Source of the DNA: Candidatus Egerieisoma sp.
GTDB lineage: Bacteria; Bacillota; Clostridia; UBA1212; UBA1255
Direction: 5' to 3'
Assembly (NCBI GenBank): GCA_045125595.1
Contig: JBGVNN010000010.1
Span: forward strand, 43,879 to 107,878
Length of the DNA stretch: 64,000 nucleotides
Shown: positions 52,306-61,008 of the stretch, in pieces
Numbering within the stretch: position 1 is the first letter of the stretch
How the letters are laid out: the number at the start of each line of letters is the position of its first letter
Position numbers and translations under genes: made by a program
Notes under the pieces: generated by a model
What the model saw: the letters and a program-made list of their open reading frames with translations, nothing else
Database searches by the model: none
Told to the model about the DNA's origin: nothing

Positions 52306-52944
52306 TTATTTATCCTCATCTGTTTTAATAATGTTTCTCAACGTAATTGATACGCATTCTTTATTATCAAAAGAATTAAAAAGAAAATAAGCACCGTTAT
52401 ACTTGTCATTTATTTCATGTTTATAATTTATTGATTCAGTAAAACTACAAGAATATTTCTCTCGACCATCGGGAGCACCAAAAGCTTTTTCAACAGTATT
52501 TTCGCCCGATTTGAGTTTTATTCCTTTTGCTATGACAAAATCATTTTGCCAATTATCGTTCACCTTAATTTCACCAATCTTGCAATCTTTGAGCATCTTA
52601 GCATTTTCGCTCATATTGTACGCCTCTACAAAAATCTTGTTGTTACCTTTAGAAAAGTGAAAATATACGTTTTTATCGTAGTGAACCATTGTATCTTCTG
52701 CAACTTCATCTAAAGAAGAAATCGACCAACCATTTTCCGTAAAATCTTTAAAATCGCACGGAAGTTGATAAACTACACCGTCAAGTTTAAAAGTGAAATC
52801 AAATAAATCATCTGACATAACAGGAGTAAATATAAAATATCTTGCAAGCAAAAACACAAGCACAGCCACAACAGCAGTAACCGCAACAGAAACAATTGCA
52901 ATTGTCACTGTTTTAAATTTTCTTTGATTAGCACATTCATCCAT
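52306..52944 (-). CDS. hypothetical membrane-anchored protein (212 aa)
   Basis: N-terminal TM VTIAIVSVAVTAVVAVLVFLL; last gene of the ECF sigma cluster. Confidence 0.5.
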   Translation of the reverse strand: MDECANQRKFKTVTIAIVSVAVTAVVAVLVFLLARYFIFTPVMSDDLFDFTFKLDGVVYQLPCDFKDFTENGWSISSLDEVAEDTMVHYDKNVYFHFSKGNNKIFVEAYNMSENAKMLKDCKIGEIKVNDNWQNDFVIAKGIKLKSGENTVEKAFGAPDGREKYSCSFTESINYKHEINDKYNGAYFLFNSFDNKECVSITLRNIIKTDEDK

Positions 52945-53158
52945 GATTACACCCTCCTTATCAAAAAGAAAAACATACCAAAAAGTAAAATTCTTAAATT
53001 GTCGTTATCTTGGTTTTATATTATCATTTCAATTGTGAAGACTCAAGGCATAACATGCAAACATTTCATGAACAATAATCTGCATTTTTCCGGCTTATTG
53101 CTGTTATCTGTGAAGGATAGGAATCAATAAATTTTTCTTATGTTAGAGCATTCTTCAT

Positions 53159-53683
53159 TTAATCATAGAAAAATTCATATTCAGGAAGTTTCTTCCATTC
53201 ATTTGTTCCTGTTAATATTTCTTCTATGCCCCTGCATACATCAAGAAATTTACGTGCTTTTTCATCGCTACTAAAGTACAGGGTATTTTCGTATACTGCT
53301 ACTTTCTTATCTATCCCTTCTGCCTTTACTGACAAAATCAAAGTTTCATACGGTGTCACCCAAATATTACGGTTTGGATCATAGACATCGGGATAGGACT
53401 CAATATCCAAATCTTCAATTAATTCCCATATTGCAGCGTACTGTTCTTCAGAAAGTTGAAGAAATGTAATATATCTATTAGGTTCGGTAGCATCTTTTGT
53501 TTTTATCAATTTTCCTGTTTTACTGTCGTACGAACTAATGCCGTAAGTATTCCATACTAAAGAGAAAGAGTAATTCGGTTCATTTTTACTTTGATTGATG
53601 ACAAATGAAACAATACTGAAAACAGCAACAAAAATGAGCGCTACCGTACAAATTATATACAAAAATCGAACATTATTTTTCAT
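53159..53683 (-). CDS. hypothetical membrane-anchored protein (start MKNNVRFLY)
   Basis: N-terminal TM, overlaps the upstream gene stop. Confidence 0.5.
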   Translation of the reverse strand: MKNNVRFLYIICTVALIFVAVFSIVSFVINQSKNEPNYSFSLVWNTYGISSYDSKTGKLIKTKDATEPNRYITFLQLSEEQYAAIWELIEDLDIESYPDVYDPNRNIWVTPYETLILSVKAEGIDKKVAVYENTLYFSSDEKARKFLDVCRGIEEILTGTNEWKKLPEYEFFYD

Positions 53684-54155
53684 TGAATATGAGCTCCTTA
53701 AGCAGGTCAATTTGTGCCTGCGTCAGTTCTGCTTGACCTTTGTCACAACGAGCATATCCCGCTGAAAAATTTATACCATAAACAATACCTAACTCGGTTT
53801 TAACATCGTATTCAGCCATACACTTGCACATTTTGTTTTTATCATATTGCAAATTTTCAAGAATATCTATCATGGTCGCAGCCGAGCTTTCTGATATAAC
53901 CATGTAAGTATTTTCATTTTTGAAATAAATGGTTGTCTGTACGTCGCTATCCGGCACTTTCTCTGTCGGTTGTTGAATAGTTGTCTGCACATCGCTATCT
54001 AACAATTCCCCGGTCGGTTGCTGACATACATCAGCAACGATCGAGGCACTATTTTCTTTATCACTCGGCATTTCCCCAAAAACCAAAACAGAGGCAGCAA
54101 CGAAAACAGCAGCAATACCTATAACGCATACCAATAAAATCCATGTTTTTTTCAT
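53673..54155 (-). CDS. hypothetical secreted/membrane-anchored protein with internal DSDVQTTI duplication
   Basis: Signal-anchor MKKTWILLVCVIGIAAVFVAA; internal repeat is also visible at DNA level. Confidence 0.5.
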   Translation of the reverse strand: MKKTWILLVCVIGIAAVFVAASVLVFGEMPSDKENSASIVADVCQQPTGELLDSDVQTTIQQPTEKVPDSDVQTTIYFKNENTYMVISESSAATMIDILENLQYDKNKMCKCMAEYDVKTELGIVYGINFSAGYARCDKGQAELTQAQIDLLKELIFNEK

Positions 54156-54177
54156 AAAACCACACCCTTTCAGTATA

Positions 54178-54747
54178 TCAGTTCAAAATCACCAAAAGCT
54201 CCTCTATTTGTTTTTTAGAAAGACGTATCCGAGTATCATTCTCCGTATTGCATAATATATTTTTTCTTAATACAAATTGAATTTCAGAACCATCTGCAGT
54301 ATTAAAACAAATTCTGTACTCTTTTTTTATGTCTATATCTAAAATTACCAAGCTGTTGCCATCATTCTTTGTCCCTGATGACTCTGAGCCATAGCTATCG
54401 CCTTTTATTGCTCCACCCTCTTGCGTATTGTTGCCCCCAAGAGAAGTTCCTGCATCTGAAGTTTTATACAAATTTAAAATCGCAGAATAGATTTCATTCA
54501 CTTTGGCGGAATCGGTAACAGTTTCGGTCCGAGCACCATTGTCATCAACACCTGTTATATCAACAGATACAAAACTATCCGTTTCCGTAGGGAACACTGC
54601 CGGCAGAATCGTCACCGACAATATGGTTAGAATAAAACAAAAAGTAATACAAACAACCAAGATGTGATTGCGCTTTGCTTTACGTTCTTTTATTCTTTCC
54701 TCACTGCGACGAAAAATTTCCGCTTTTCTTTCTTCAAAATTTTTCAT
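54178..54747 (-). CDS. putative membrane anti-sigma factor (non-ZAS): short cytoplasmic N-terminus, one TM, extracytoplasmic domain
   Basis: ATGA overlap with the upstream ECF sigma gene; topology of about 30 aa charged N-terminus plus TM; no HxxxCxxC motif. Confidence 0.5.
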   Translation of the reverse strand: MKNFEERKAEIFRRSEERIKERKAKRNHILVVCITFCFILTILSVTILPAVFPTETDSFVSVDITGVDDNGARTETVTDSAKVNEIYSAILNLYKTSDAGTSLGGNNTQEGGAIKGDSYGSESSGTKNDGNSLVILDIDIKKEYRICFNTADGSEIQFVLRKNILCNTENDTRIRLSKKQIEELLVILN

Positions 54748-55337
54748 AATAACAGCTCACCATCCTCTCCAAGAATGATGCGAAGTTCCTTTTTAGCACG
54801 ATATAAAAGATTGTCTATCTGTTTGTGATTTTTCTTCATAACCCTCGCTGCCTCTTTATAAGACAAATTTTCAAAATAAACTAAGTGTATGACAATACGC
54901 ATATCATCCGAAAGTAAGCAAAGGGCATTGTTTATTACTCGTTTCCGCTCGTCTGTAAGAACAGTTTCTTCAAGTGTTTCCTCCTCCGGAAACGCATTGT
55001 CGGCTTCTTCGAGTTCTACTAAATCAATAACCTTACGGTGTTTTATGTAGTTTAAAGCGCGACTCCGTCCGAGCATAAACAGATAAGTTTTCAATGTAAC
55101 CTTGAAATTATACCGATGCTTATTAACTATCAAATCTGAAAAAGCATCAATAGCAATATCTTCGGCTGCGTGTATATCATGCACATAACGATTAATAAAG
55201 AACACAAGATTATCAAACAATTCTTTCATTATATCGTCAAAGGCACTCTCGTCACCATCAAGGAAACGGCGGTAGCTACTTGCACCGTTGTCCATATGGT
55301 TTCCTCCTAATTTCCGGAGCATACTCGTCTCCTTCAC
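54744..55337 (-). CDS. ECF-subfamily RNA polymerase sigma-70 factor
   Basis: Region 2 (...FDNLVFFINRYVHDIHAAEDIAIDAFSDLI...) and region 4 (LSYKEAARVMKKNHKQIDNLLYRAKKELR). Confidence 0.8.
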   Translation of the reverse strand: MKETSMLRKLGGNHMDNGASSYRRFLDGDESAFDDIMKELFDNLVFFINRYVHDIHAAEDIAIDAFSDLIVNKHRYNFKVTLKTYLFMLGRSRALNYIKHRKVIDLVELEEADNAFPEEETLEETVLTDERKRVINNALCLLSDDMRIVIHLVYFENLSYKEAARVMKKNHKQIDNLLYRAKKELRIILGEDGELLL

Positions 55338-55382
55338 CTATTATACAACTAAGCAGACCTGATATCCTTATATTAAAATAAA

Positions 55383-56252
55383 CTATTTCTGTCTTGCCAA
55401 AGCAAAAACGGCGCCGAGAATCAAAACCATACCTATTACAAGTGGAGCAGTCAAGTTTTCTCCCAAAAACGCAACACTAAAAACAGTAGCAGAAAGCGGC
55501 TCTATAATTCCGAGCGCAGTTGCCGTTCCTGCAGGGACATCTTTAAGTCCCATTGTATAGAAAACATATGGTAAAACGCAAGTAAACACACCTATGCCAA
55601 CAATAAGCGGAATAATTGAAAGCGGCTGTTTGCTTGTTATTGTTACGATTTCAATAGGATTTGATACTGCAAGACCTATAATACTCATAATAATAAAATT
55701 ATAGCTGGTTACAGTAAGAGTATCCACCTTGTGCATTGTGAGAATTTTCGTAAATATGTTATAAGCACTGTAAGAAATGCCCGCCGCAATTCCGAAAAGG
55801 ATTCCTGCAAGGCTGAACTTCATTCCACCAACTATGCCGGAAACGAGAGCGCAACCAAGTATCATTAAAAACACAGAAATACTTTTTACTGTATTCAACT
55901 TTTCGCCAAGAAACATTACTGAATATATGAGGACAAAAACGGGTGCGGTATACATCAATATAACTGCAGTTGAAACAGAAGACGCAGCCATCGAGGCATA
56001 GTATGTATATGCTGTTAAGAACAGACCAACACCGCTACCGATAATAAAGAAAATTTCCTTTTTAGGCACTTTTAACAACTTGGGATTTTTAAAAAGTATA
56101 AATGGCACAATCAAAACCATTGATACAAACCCACGCATTGTTGTCATTTGAACAGGCTTAAATCCAAAGGGGGTAAGCCAATAAGAGAAAAGACCACTTG
56201 TTCCCCAAAGAACACCAGCGAGAGCAATATAAAAAAAAGCACTTTTTTTCAA
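55383..56252 (-). CDS. EamA/DMT-family transporter (TTG start)
   Basis: 289 aa, 10 TM, two EamA repeats; RBS AGAGGTG then TTG. Confidence 0.7.
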   Translation of the reverse strand: MKKSAFFYIALAGVLWGTSGLFSYWLTPFGFKPVQMTTMRGFVSMVLIVPFILFKNPKLLKVPKKEIFFIIGSGVGLFLTAYTYYASMAASSVSTAVILMYTAPVFVLIYSVMFLGEKLNTVKSISVFLMILGCALVSGIVGGMKFSLAGILFGIAAGISYSAYNIFTKILTMHKVDTLTVTSYNFIIMSIIGLAVSNPIEIVTITSKQPLSIIPLIVGIGVFTCVLPYVFYTMGLKDVPAGTATALGIIEPLSATVFSVAFLGENLTAPLVIGMVLILGAVFALARQK

Positions 56253-56278
56253 CTCGTTTCACCTCTAACGGCGGCAAT

Positions 56279-56307
56279 TATAGCATACCGACAACTCATT
56301 TGCAAAC
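56279..56307 (-). promoter_or_regulatory. sigmaA promoter for the EamA gene: -35 TTGCAA (56302-56307), 17 nt, -10 TATAAT (56279-56284)
   Basis: Minus strand tTTGCAAatgagttgtcggtatgcTATAATtgcc. Confidence 0.5.
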
Positions 56308-56397
56308 CTGCTTATTCACTTCTCTGCAATTTCAAAAAGTATCGTATTGCCTTTACTTATATTTACATATCCCGTTTCCAAAAAAGAAATAAAAATT

Positions 56398-57846
56398 TTA
56401 AGTATTTACTGAATACTCTTTTTTAAACCCATGTGCACCGAATATTTGCCACTGGCCAACACCAAGACGACTAATAATAGCTTTACGCTCAATCGCACAG
56501 AGCTTATGATCGGTGTCAACAGAGGTCATTAAAATCGGTGCATATTGATTATATTCTGCTTGTGCAGGTGTAAGTCCATGTATATTGATATACACATCTC
56601 CTGTCAGAGCAATATGGTGTGTGTAGTCAATCAATATGATTTCCCCCGGCAAGTGTCCGCCTTTGCCTTCATACACCTCAAAATGCAACTCTCCGAAATC
56701 AAAAAAACCGATTTGTGTAAGTGGCTCTGTTAATTCTTCAATACTATTTCCTACAACTTTAATCTTATCAGGATTTACAGGTTTATATGAGGTAAGAATT
56801 TTACAGATATTAATATACGGCTTGTGCAAAGGATTTTTTTCTCTGTATCCATCATTTCCGAGAAATTCATCCTTTAAACAAAGAGCAGTTCTGGGACTGG
56901 CTATAATCTCATCGAATATTGGAAGCAAACCGCAATGGTCAACATCTGCGTGTGTCACAAGGATGGTTTTCTTTATCTCATCAAAATTCGGGAGAATTCT
57001 CCGAATAACATCAAGCATTTCACTGTTAAAACAAGCATATCCGCTATCCACAAACATTATTTGCTCATCGCTTTTAATGATAATGGTATTACTGCCGCAA
57101 GGTGGTTCTATAAGAATAATTTCTGTACAGTCTGTTATTTTGTGGTTACTTACCCTTGGCATGAAGGCTTTACCTTTAGATGCACCCAGTAATTCCGCAA
57201 ACTTACTTATACTGTCAAAAGTTCTGTATGGAGATAACCCTTGTTCATCAAGTGTTTGCATAGCAAGATTAACATGAACCAAAAGTTCACGACTAACCTC
57301 GTCAGAAAGCCCCATTGTTTGAGACAATCCCATAACATATGTGTTATAGAAAATACTATTGTCGTAAACCTTTTCTGAACTGTTGTAATTTATTACGCGA
57401 ACCTTACAAAACGTTTCTGCTTCTGCAAGGAATTCTGAAATTTTACCTGCATCTTCTACATACAACCCCATTTTAAAGTATTGATAATTCGTACCGTTTT
57501 CTTGAGAGCTGATATATGAAATATTAAAATTAAAATCGCTGATTAAAGACAATATATTAGTAACACTTCCCGGAACATCTTCAAGGCAAAACTCAATCAA
57601 CACCACGCTCGTTTTGCTTGTATTATTTTGCAGATATCCGATTTTTTCAAGCTCGCTATCAGCTTTGTCTAATTGTTCTTTTGTGCCTTCTGCATCTATA
57701 AACAGCGTATGAGAGTCAACCGCCTTATTATAACTTACACGAGTAATATTAATTCCCAAGGCAGAAAAACATCTGCTCGCTTTAAGGAATGCACCTATAT
57801 CATCAGGCATTGATGTCACATATGTTTTTTTCATCTTTACCTCCAA
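56398..57846 (-). CDS. ACT-ACT-metallo-beta-lactamase-fold fusion protein
   Basis: Two N-terminal ACT-like ligand-binding modules followed by an MBL domain with THADVDHCG (HxHxDH), downstream His/Asp ligands; co-oriented with DAHP synthase, 30-nt gap. Confidence 0.65.
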   Translation of the reverse strand: MEVKMKKTYVTSMPDDIGAFLKASRCFSALGINITRVSYNKAVDSHTLFIDAEGTKEQLDKADSELEKIGYLQNNTSKTSVVLIEFCLEDVPGSVTNILSLISDFNFNISYISSQENGTNYQYFKMGLYVEDAGKISEFLAEAETFCKVRVINYNSSEKVYDNSIFYNTYVMGLSQTMGLSDEVSRELLVHVNLAMQTLDEQGLSPYRTFDSISKFAELLGASKGKAFMPRVSNHKITDCTEIILIEPPCGSNTIIIKSDEQIMFVDSGYACFNSEMLDVIRRILPNFDEIKKTILVTHADVDHCGLLPIFDEIIASPRTALCLKDEFLGNDGYREKNPLHKPYINICKILTSYKPVNPDKIKVVGNSIEELTEPLTQIGFFDFGELHFEVYEGKGGHLPGEIILIDYTHHIALTGDVYINIHGLTPAQAEYNQYAPILMTSVDTDHKLCAIERKAIISRLGVGQWQIFGAHGFKKEYSVNT

Positions 57847-57876
57847 AGTATTAACAAAATATTATCTCACTTTCAA

Positions 57877-58905
57877 TCAAAGTTTATCAGCTATATCAAG
57901 AATAAGTCTTTCGGTCTTTTCCCAACCAAGACAAGGATCTGTTATTGATTTGCCAAAAATATGCTCGCCCATGCTTTGAGCACCATCCTCAATGTAACTT
58001 TCAATCATCAATCCCTTAACAAGACGTTTGATAACTGAATTTTCATTGCGGCTGTGAACAATATCCTTTGCAATACGAATTTGTTCAAGATACTGTTTAC
58101 CTGAATTGTTATGATTTGTATCTACTATTACAGACGGATTTACCAGATTCGATTGCTCATAAAGCTCTTCTACTCTCAAAAGATCCTCATAATGATAATT
58201 TGAAGTACTTCTTCCCGCATAATCAATATAGCCGCGAAGTATGGCATGTGTACATGGATTGCCCTCGCTCGTAACCTCCCAGCCTCTGTAAATAAAAGTG
58301 TGACTTGACTGCGCTGCAACTATAGAGTTCATCATAACGCTAAGGTCTCCACTCGTAGGATTCTTCATTCCCACAGGTACGCTGATTCCGCTTGCTGTGA
58401 GTCGGTGTTGTTGATTTTCTACGGAACGTGCGCCAATCGCAACATACGCAAGCAAGTCGGAAAGGTAGTGGTAATTTTCCGGATAGAGCATTTCGTCGGC
58501 ACACGAGAAACCGTAATCTCGCAATGCCGCCAAATGCAGCTCTCGAATCGAAACAAGACCTTTATACATGTCCGGTTTAGCCTCTGGATCAGGTTGATGC
58601 AACATACCTTTGTATCCTTGCCCGGTAGTTCTCGGTTTATTTGTGTAAACCCTCGGAATAATAACTATTTTATCTGATACTTGTTCTTCAATTCTGCGAA
58701 GCCTTGAAATATATTCAAGCACCGGTTCACTATGGTCTGCGGAGCATGGTCCGATTATAAGAATAAATTTATCTGAGTGGCCATCAAAAACAGCTTTGAT
58801 ACTCTCGTCACGCTCTGCTTTAATTTTTCTCATTTTTTCTGTCAATGGATATTCTCCCATGACTTCTTCCGGTAACGGAAGTCTCCTATGAAAATTCATT
58901 CTCAT
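57877..58905 (-). CDS. aroG: 3-deoxy-7-phosphoheptulonate (DAHP) synthase class I-alpha; start at MRMNFHRR, ORF-track extension to 59013 runs through the T-box leader
   Basis: GPCS, KPRTT, AIGARSVENQ and SITDPCLGWE motifs match AroG/AroF. Confidence 0.85.
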   Translation of the reverse strand: MRMNFHRRLPLPEEVMGEYPLTEKMRKIKAERDESIKAVFDGHSDKFILIIGPCSADHSEPVLEYISRLRRIEEQVSDKIVIIPRVYTNKPRTTGQGYKGMLHQPDPEAKPDMYKGLVSIRELHLAALRDYGFSCADEMLYPENYHYLSDLLAYVAIGARSVENQQHRLTASGISVPVGMKNPTSGDLSVMMNSIVAAQSSHTFIYRGWEVTSEGNPCTHAILRGYIDYAGRSTSNYHYEDLLRVEELYEQSNLVNPSVIVDTNHNNSGKQYLEQIRIAKDIVHSRNENSVIKRLVKGLMIESYIEDGAQSMGEHIFGKSITDPCLGWEKTERLILDIADKL

Positions 58906-58984
58906 TAAAAAACACCCTTTCTTTTTGTCAGATACAATACTTTCGAATTGTGGAAGGGTAAACAAAAACGCCCTCCGCATTCCG

Positions 58985-59265
58985 ATAAAGAATACAGAGG
59001 ACGAGAAAATCAATAATCCCGTGGTACCACCTCAGTTCGTCGCTACCTCACGATAGTGACCTTTTCAAGTACTAACATACCTTAGTTCTATAACGGGAAC
59101 GCCCGTTGCCTCCTACTAAAGATTTTTATCTTATTCAGTGCACTGCTAGCAGAATGAATTCAGAAGGGCGTCCGCTTTGCCTCGCACCAACCGGCAACTC
59201 TCTCAAGATTCTTCCCAACCTACTGGTTTCTGATCTTCGCATTTAGTGTTACAACATATTTAATT
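58985..59265 (-). promoter_or_regulatory. T-box riboswitch leader, probable Phe (UUC) specifier
   Basis: Minus-strand leader contains AGAGAG box (59198-59204), distal hairpin ttgcc-ggttggtgcga-ggcaa, specifier-loop candidate GAA-UUC-A (about 59155-59162) and the conserved T-box sequence aactGAGGTGGTACCACGGG (59018-59037). Confidence 0.65.
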
Positions 59266-59300
59266 GTCGTTTGTTGTTATAACATAATGGTTTCAAAAAA

Positions 59301-60206
59301 TCAAGACTTTATTTTAATCTCTGTACCTCCCCATTCGACTACGGTGAATCCTTTGCGCTCCGGTGCAGTAAACTCTTGTTGCGGTATTTCTACAAACTCA
59401 TCTGACTTTTGCCAAGCCATAAATACACGGATCAAAGTGTCGGGTGCAGGCGTGACATCGAGCTGTGCCGCATCTGTATATATTTCACCTTGAAAAGAAA
59501 TGATGTTATATGGATTTTGCTCCATGAGAGGCAACCAATAAACAATAAATTCATTGGCTTCGCGGCGCGTAAGTCCGAGTTTATCGAGCGCCGCCTCAAG
59601 AAAGGTTGCGGTGTTCTCTCCTTTTATACAAAAACCTTTGGAGAGATCATACTGTGCAAAAGTTTCTCCTTCCCAATAAAGATAATTATATGTTTTTCCT
59701 TTATTGTCAATTAAAGTGCCGTCCGGGAAAGCCGTAACTTCCCACCCTTTTCCGTATTTGGGGTATGTGCAAGTCAATCTGCCGTCGAGCATGAGACTGA
59801 CGGAAACTTGCGTTTCTTTTTCGGGGTAGAGATAAATAACAGGTTTGTAGTCTTTGAGAGAATCATCCTGTTCACAGTCGCTTGCTTTTTCCCAGCTTAT
59901 TGCTGTTATCTGTGCGGGATAGGACAACATAACATAGCCGCTGTATGTTATTTGTACCACATCACCCACTTTAGCGCCTATTTTTTCTAATTTTGTGATA
60001 TTAAAGGAAATTTTGGCATTGTTTGTTCTTTCGGGTTCACCCTCGATAGGTTCAACCAAAACAGAAGTGTCATTTATTTCTATAACTTTAGCGTAAAATG
60101 TCTGTTCATTATTATCTTTCTTAATAAAGAAAAACAACACAATCAATAATACAGCAAGCAACGCGACAACTATAGTAATAGGTATCCAAATTTTCTTTTT
60201 CAGCAT
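59301..60206 (-). CDS. hypothetical membrane-anchored protein (301 aa)
   Basis: N-terminal TM IPITIVVALLAVLLIVLFFFI, two beta-rich extracytoplasmic domains; a remnant paralog copy lies at 53060-53128. Confidence 0.55.
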   Translation of the reverse strand: MLKKKIWIPITIVVALLAVLLIVLFFFIKKDNNEQTFYAKVIEINDTSVLVEPIEGEPERTNNAKISFNITKLEKIGAKVGDVVQITYSGYVMLSYPAQITAISWEKASDCEQDDSLKDYKPVIYLYPEKETQVSVSLMLDGRLTCTYPKYGKGWEVTAFPDGTLIDNKGKTYNYLYWEGETFAQYDLSKGFCIKGENTATFLEAALDKLGLTRREANEFIVYWLPLMEQNPYNIISFQGEIYTDAAQLDVTPAPDTLIRVFMAWQKSDEFVEIPQQEFTAPERKGFTVVEWGGTEIKIKS

Positions 60207-60295
60207 AAGTAAACCTCCTATTCACCTATTATACAATCAACCGGCTGTATGTTCCTTATGGATATATTTTTCAAGGTCTAATATTGTTCTTTCAA

Positions 60296-60895
60296 TCAAT
60301 ATCCAACAAATTTCTTTAGCACTTCTTCTCTGTTATACTCATAAACCAAAAAGTGTTTTTCTTTTTTAGCCAGTTCCCTATTTTCGGTAGAATCTGCATC
60401 GAATAAAACAATGGCATTGTCACAAATTTTATATCCTGCAAGTTCATTTGCTTCGGCAATTTCCGTTTGCAAATAATCCTCAAGTGACATTATAACTCTT
60501 TTTTCCGTACCATCGTCACCTTCCTTATCACACGAATACACCCATTTTTCACTTTCGGTATCATATTCAAGAGGAAAAGCTTCCGGAATTATAAGTATAT
60601 TATCAAAAACAAACCAGCCGCATTCCAACGAATCGTTAGTAGGATTAAAAATATATTTTATCGGCAGATTGTTTTTAGCAATTTCGTTATATAAATCAAA
60701 ATATATACCGCTGCCTGCAAAAAGTTTATACTTTTTATGTTCGGTTTTATAAAAATAAGAACGCTTATATTTAATATAATCAAACGGCAACATAAAAACA
60801 AAGCATATTCCAAGAATCAGCAAAAGAAACACACATAAGAGTGTTAAGAAAAATTTCCCGATTTTGCTTAATATTTTTTTCATGTGTTTCATCAC
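60296..60895 (-). CDS. hypothetical membrane-anchored protein (199 aa)
   Basis: N-terminal TM; no motif. Confidence 0.45.
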   Translation of the reverse strand: MMKHMKKILSKIGKFFLTLLCVFLLLILGICFVFMLPFDYIKYKRSYFYKTEHKKYKLFAGSGIYFDLYNEIAKNNLPIKYIFNPTNDSLECGWFVFDNILIIPEAFPLEYDTESEKWVYSCDKEGDDGTEKRVIMSLEDYLQTEIAEANELAGYKICDNAIVLFDADSTENRELAKKEKHFLVYEYNREEVLKKFVGY

Positions 60896-61008
60896 CTTGA
60901 AATTAATTTTTTAAAAATTCAAAAACTGATTTTTTGTTAATAAAAACTATTGTCGCTAATACAACTATGGTTATCAATAATATCAAACCAAAAACATATA
61001 AATAACAT

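Noticed and set aside
56636-57277. 213-aa plus-strand ORF inside the ACT-MBL gene
   Set aside because: It is an antisense artefact; the MBL motifs on the minus strand are convincing.
58906-59013. N-terminal 36-aa extension of the DAHP synthase ORF
   Set aside because: It overlaps the conserved T-box sequence and terminator region. The internal ATG at 58905 has an RBS-like AGGGTG upstream.
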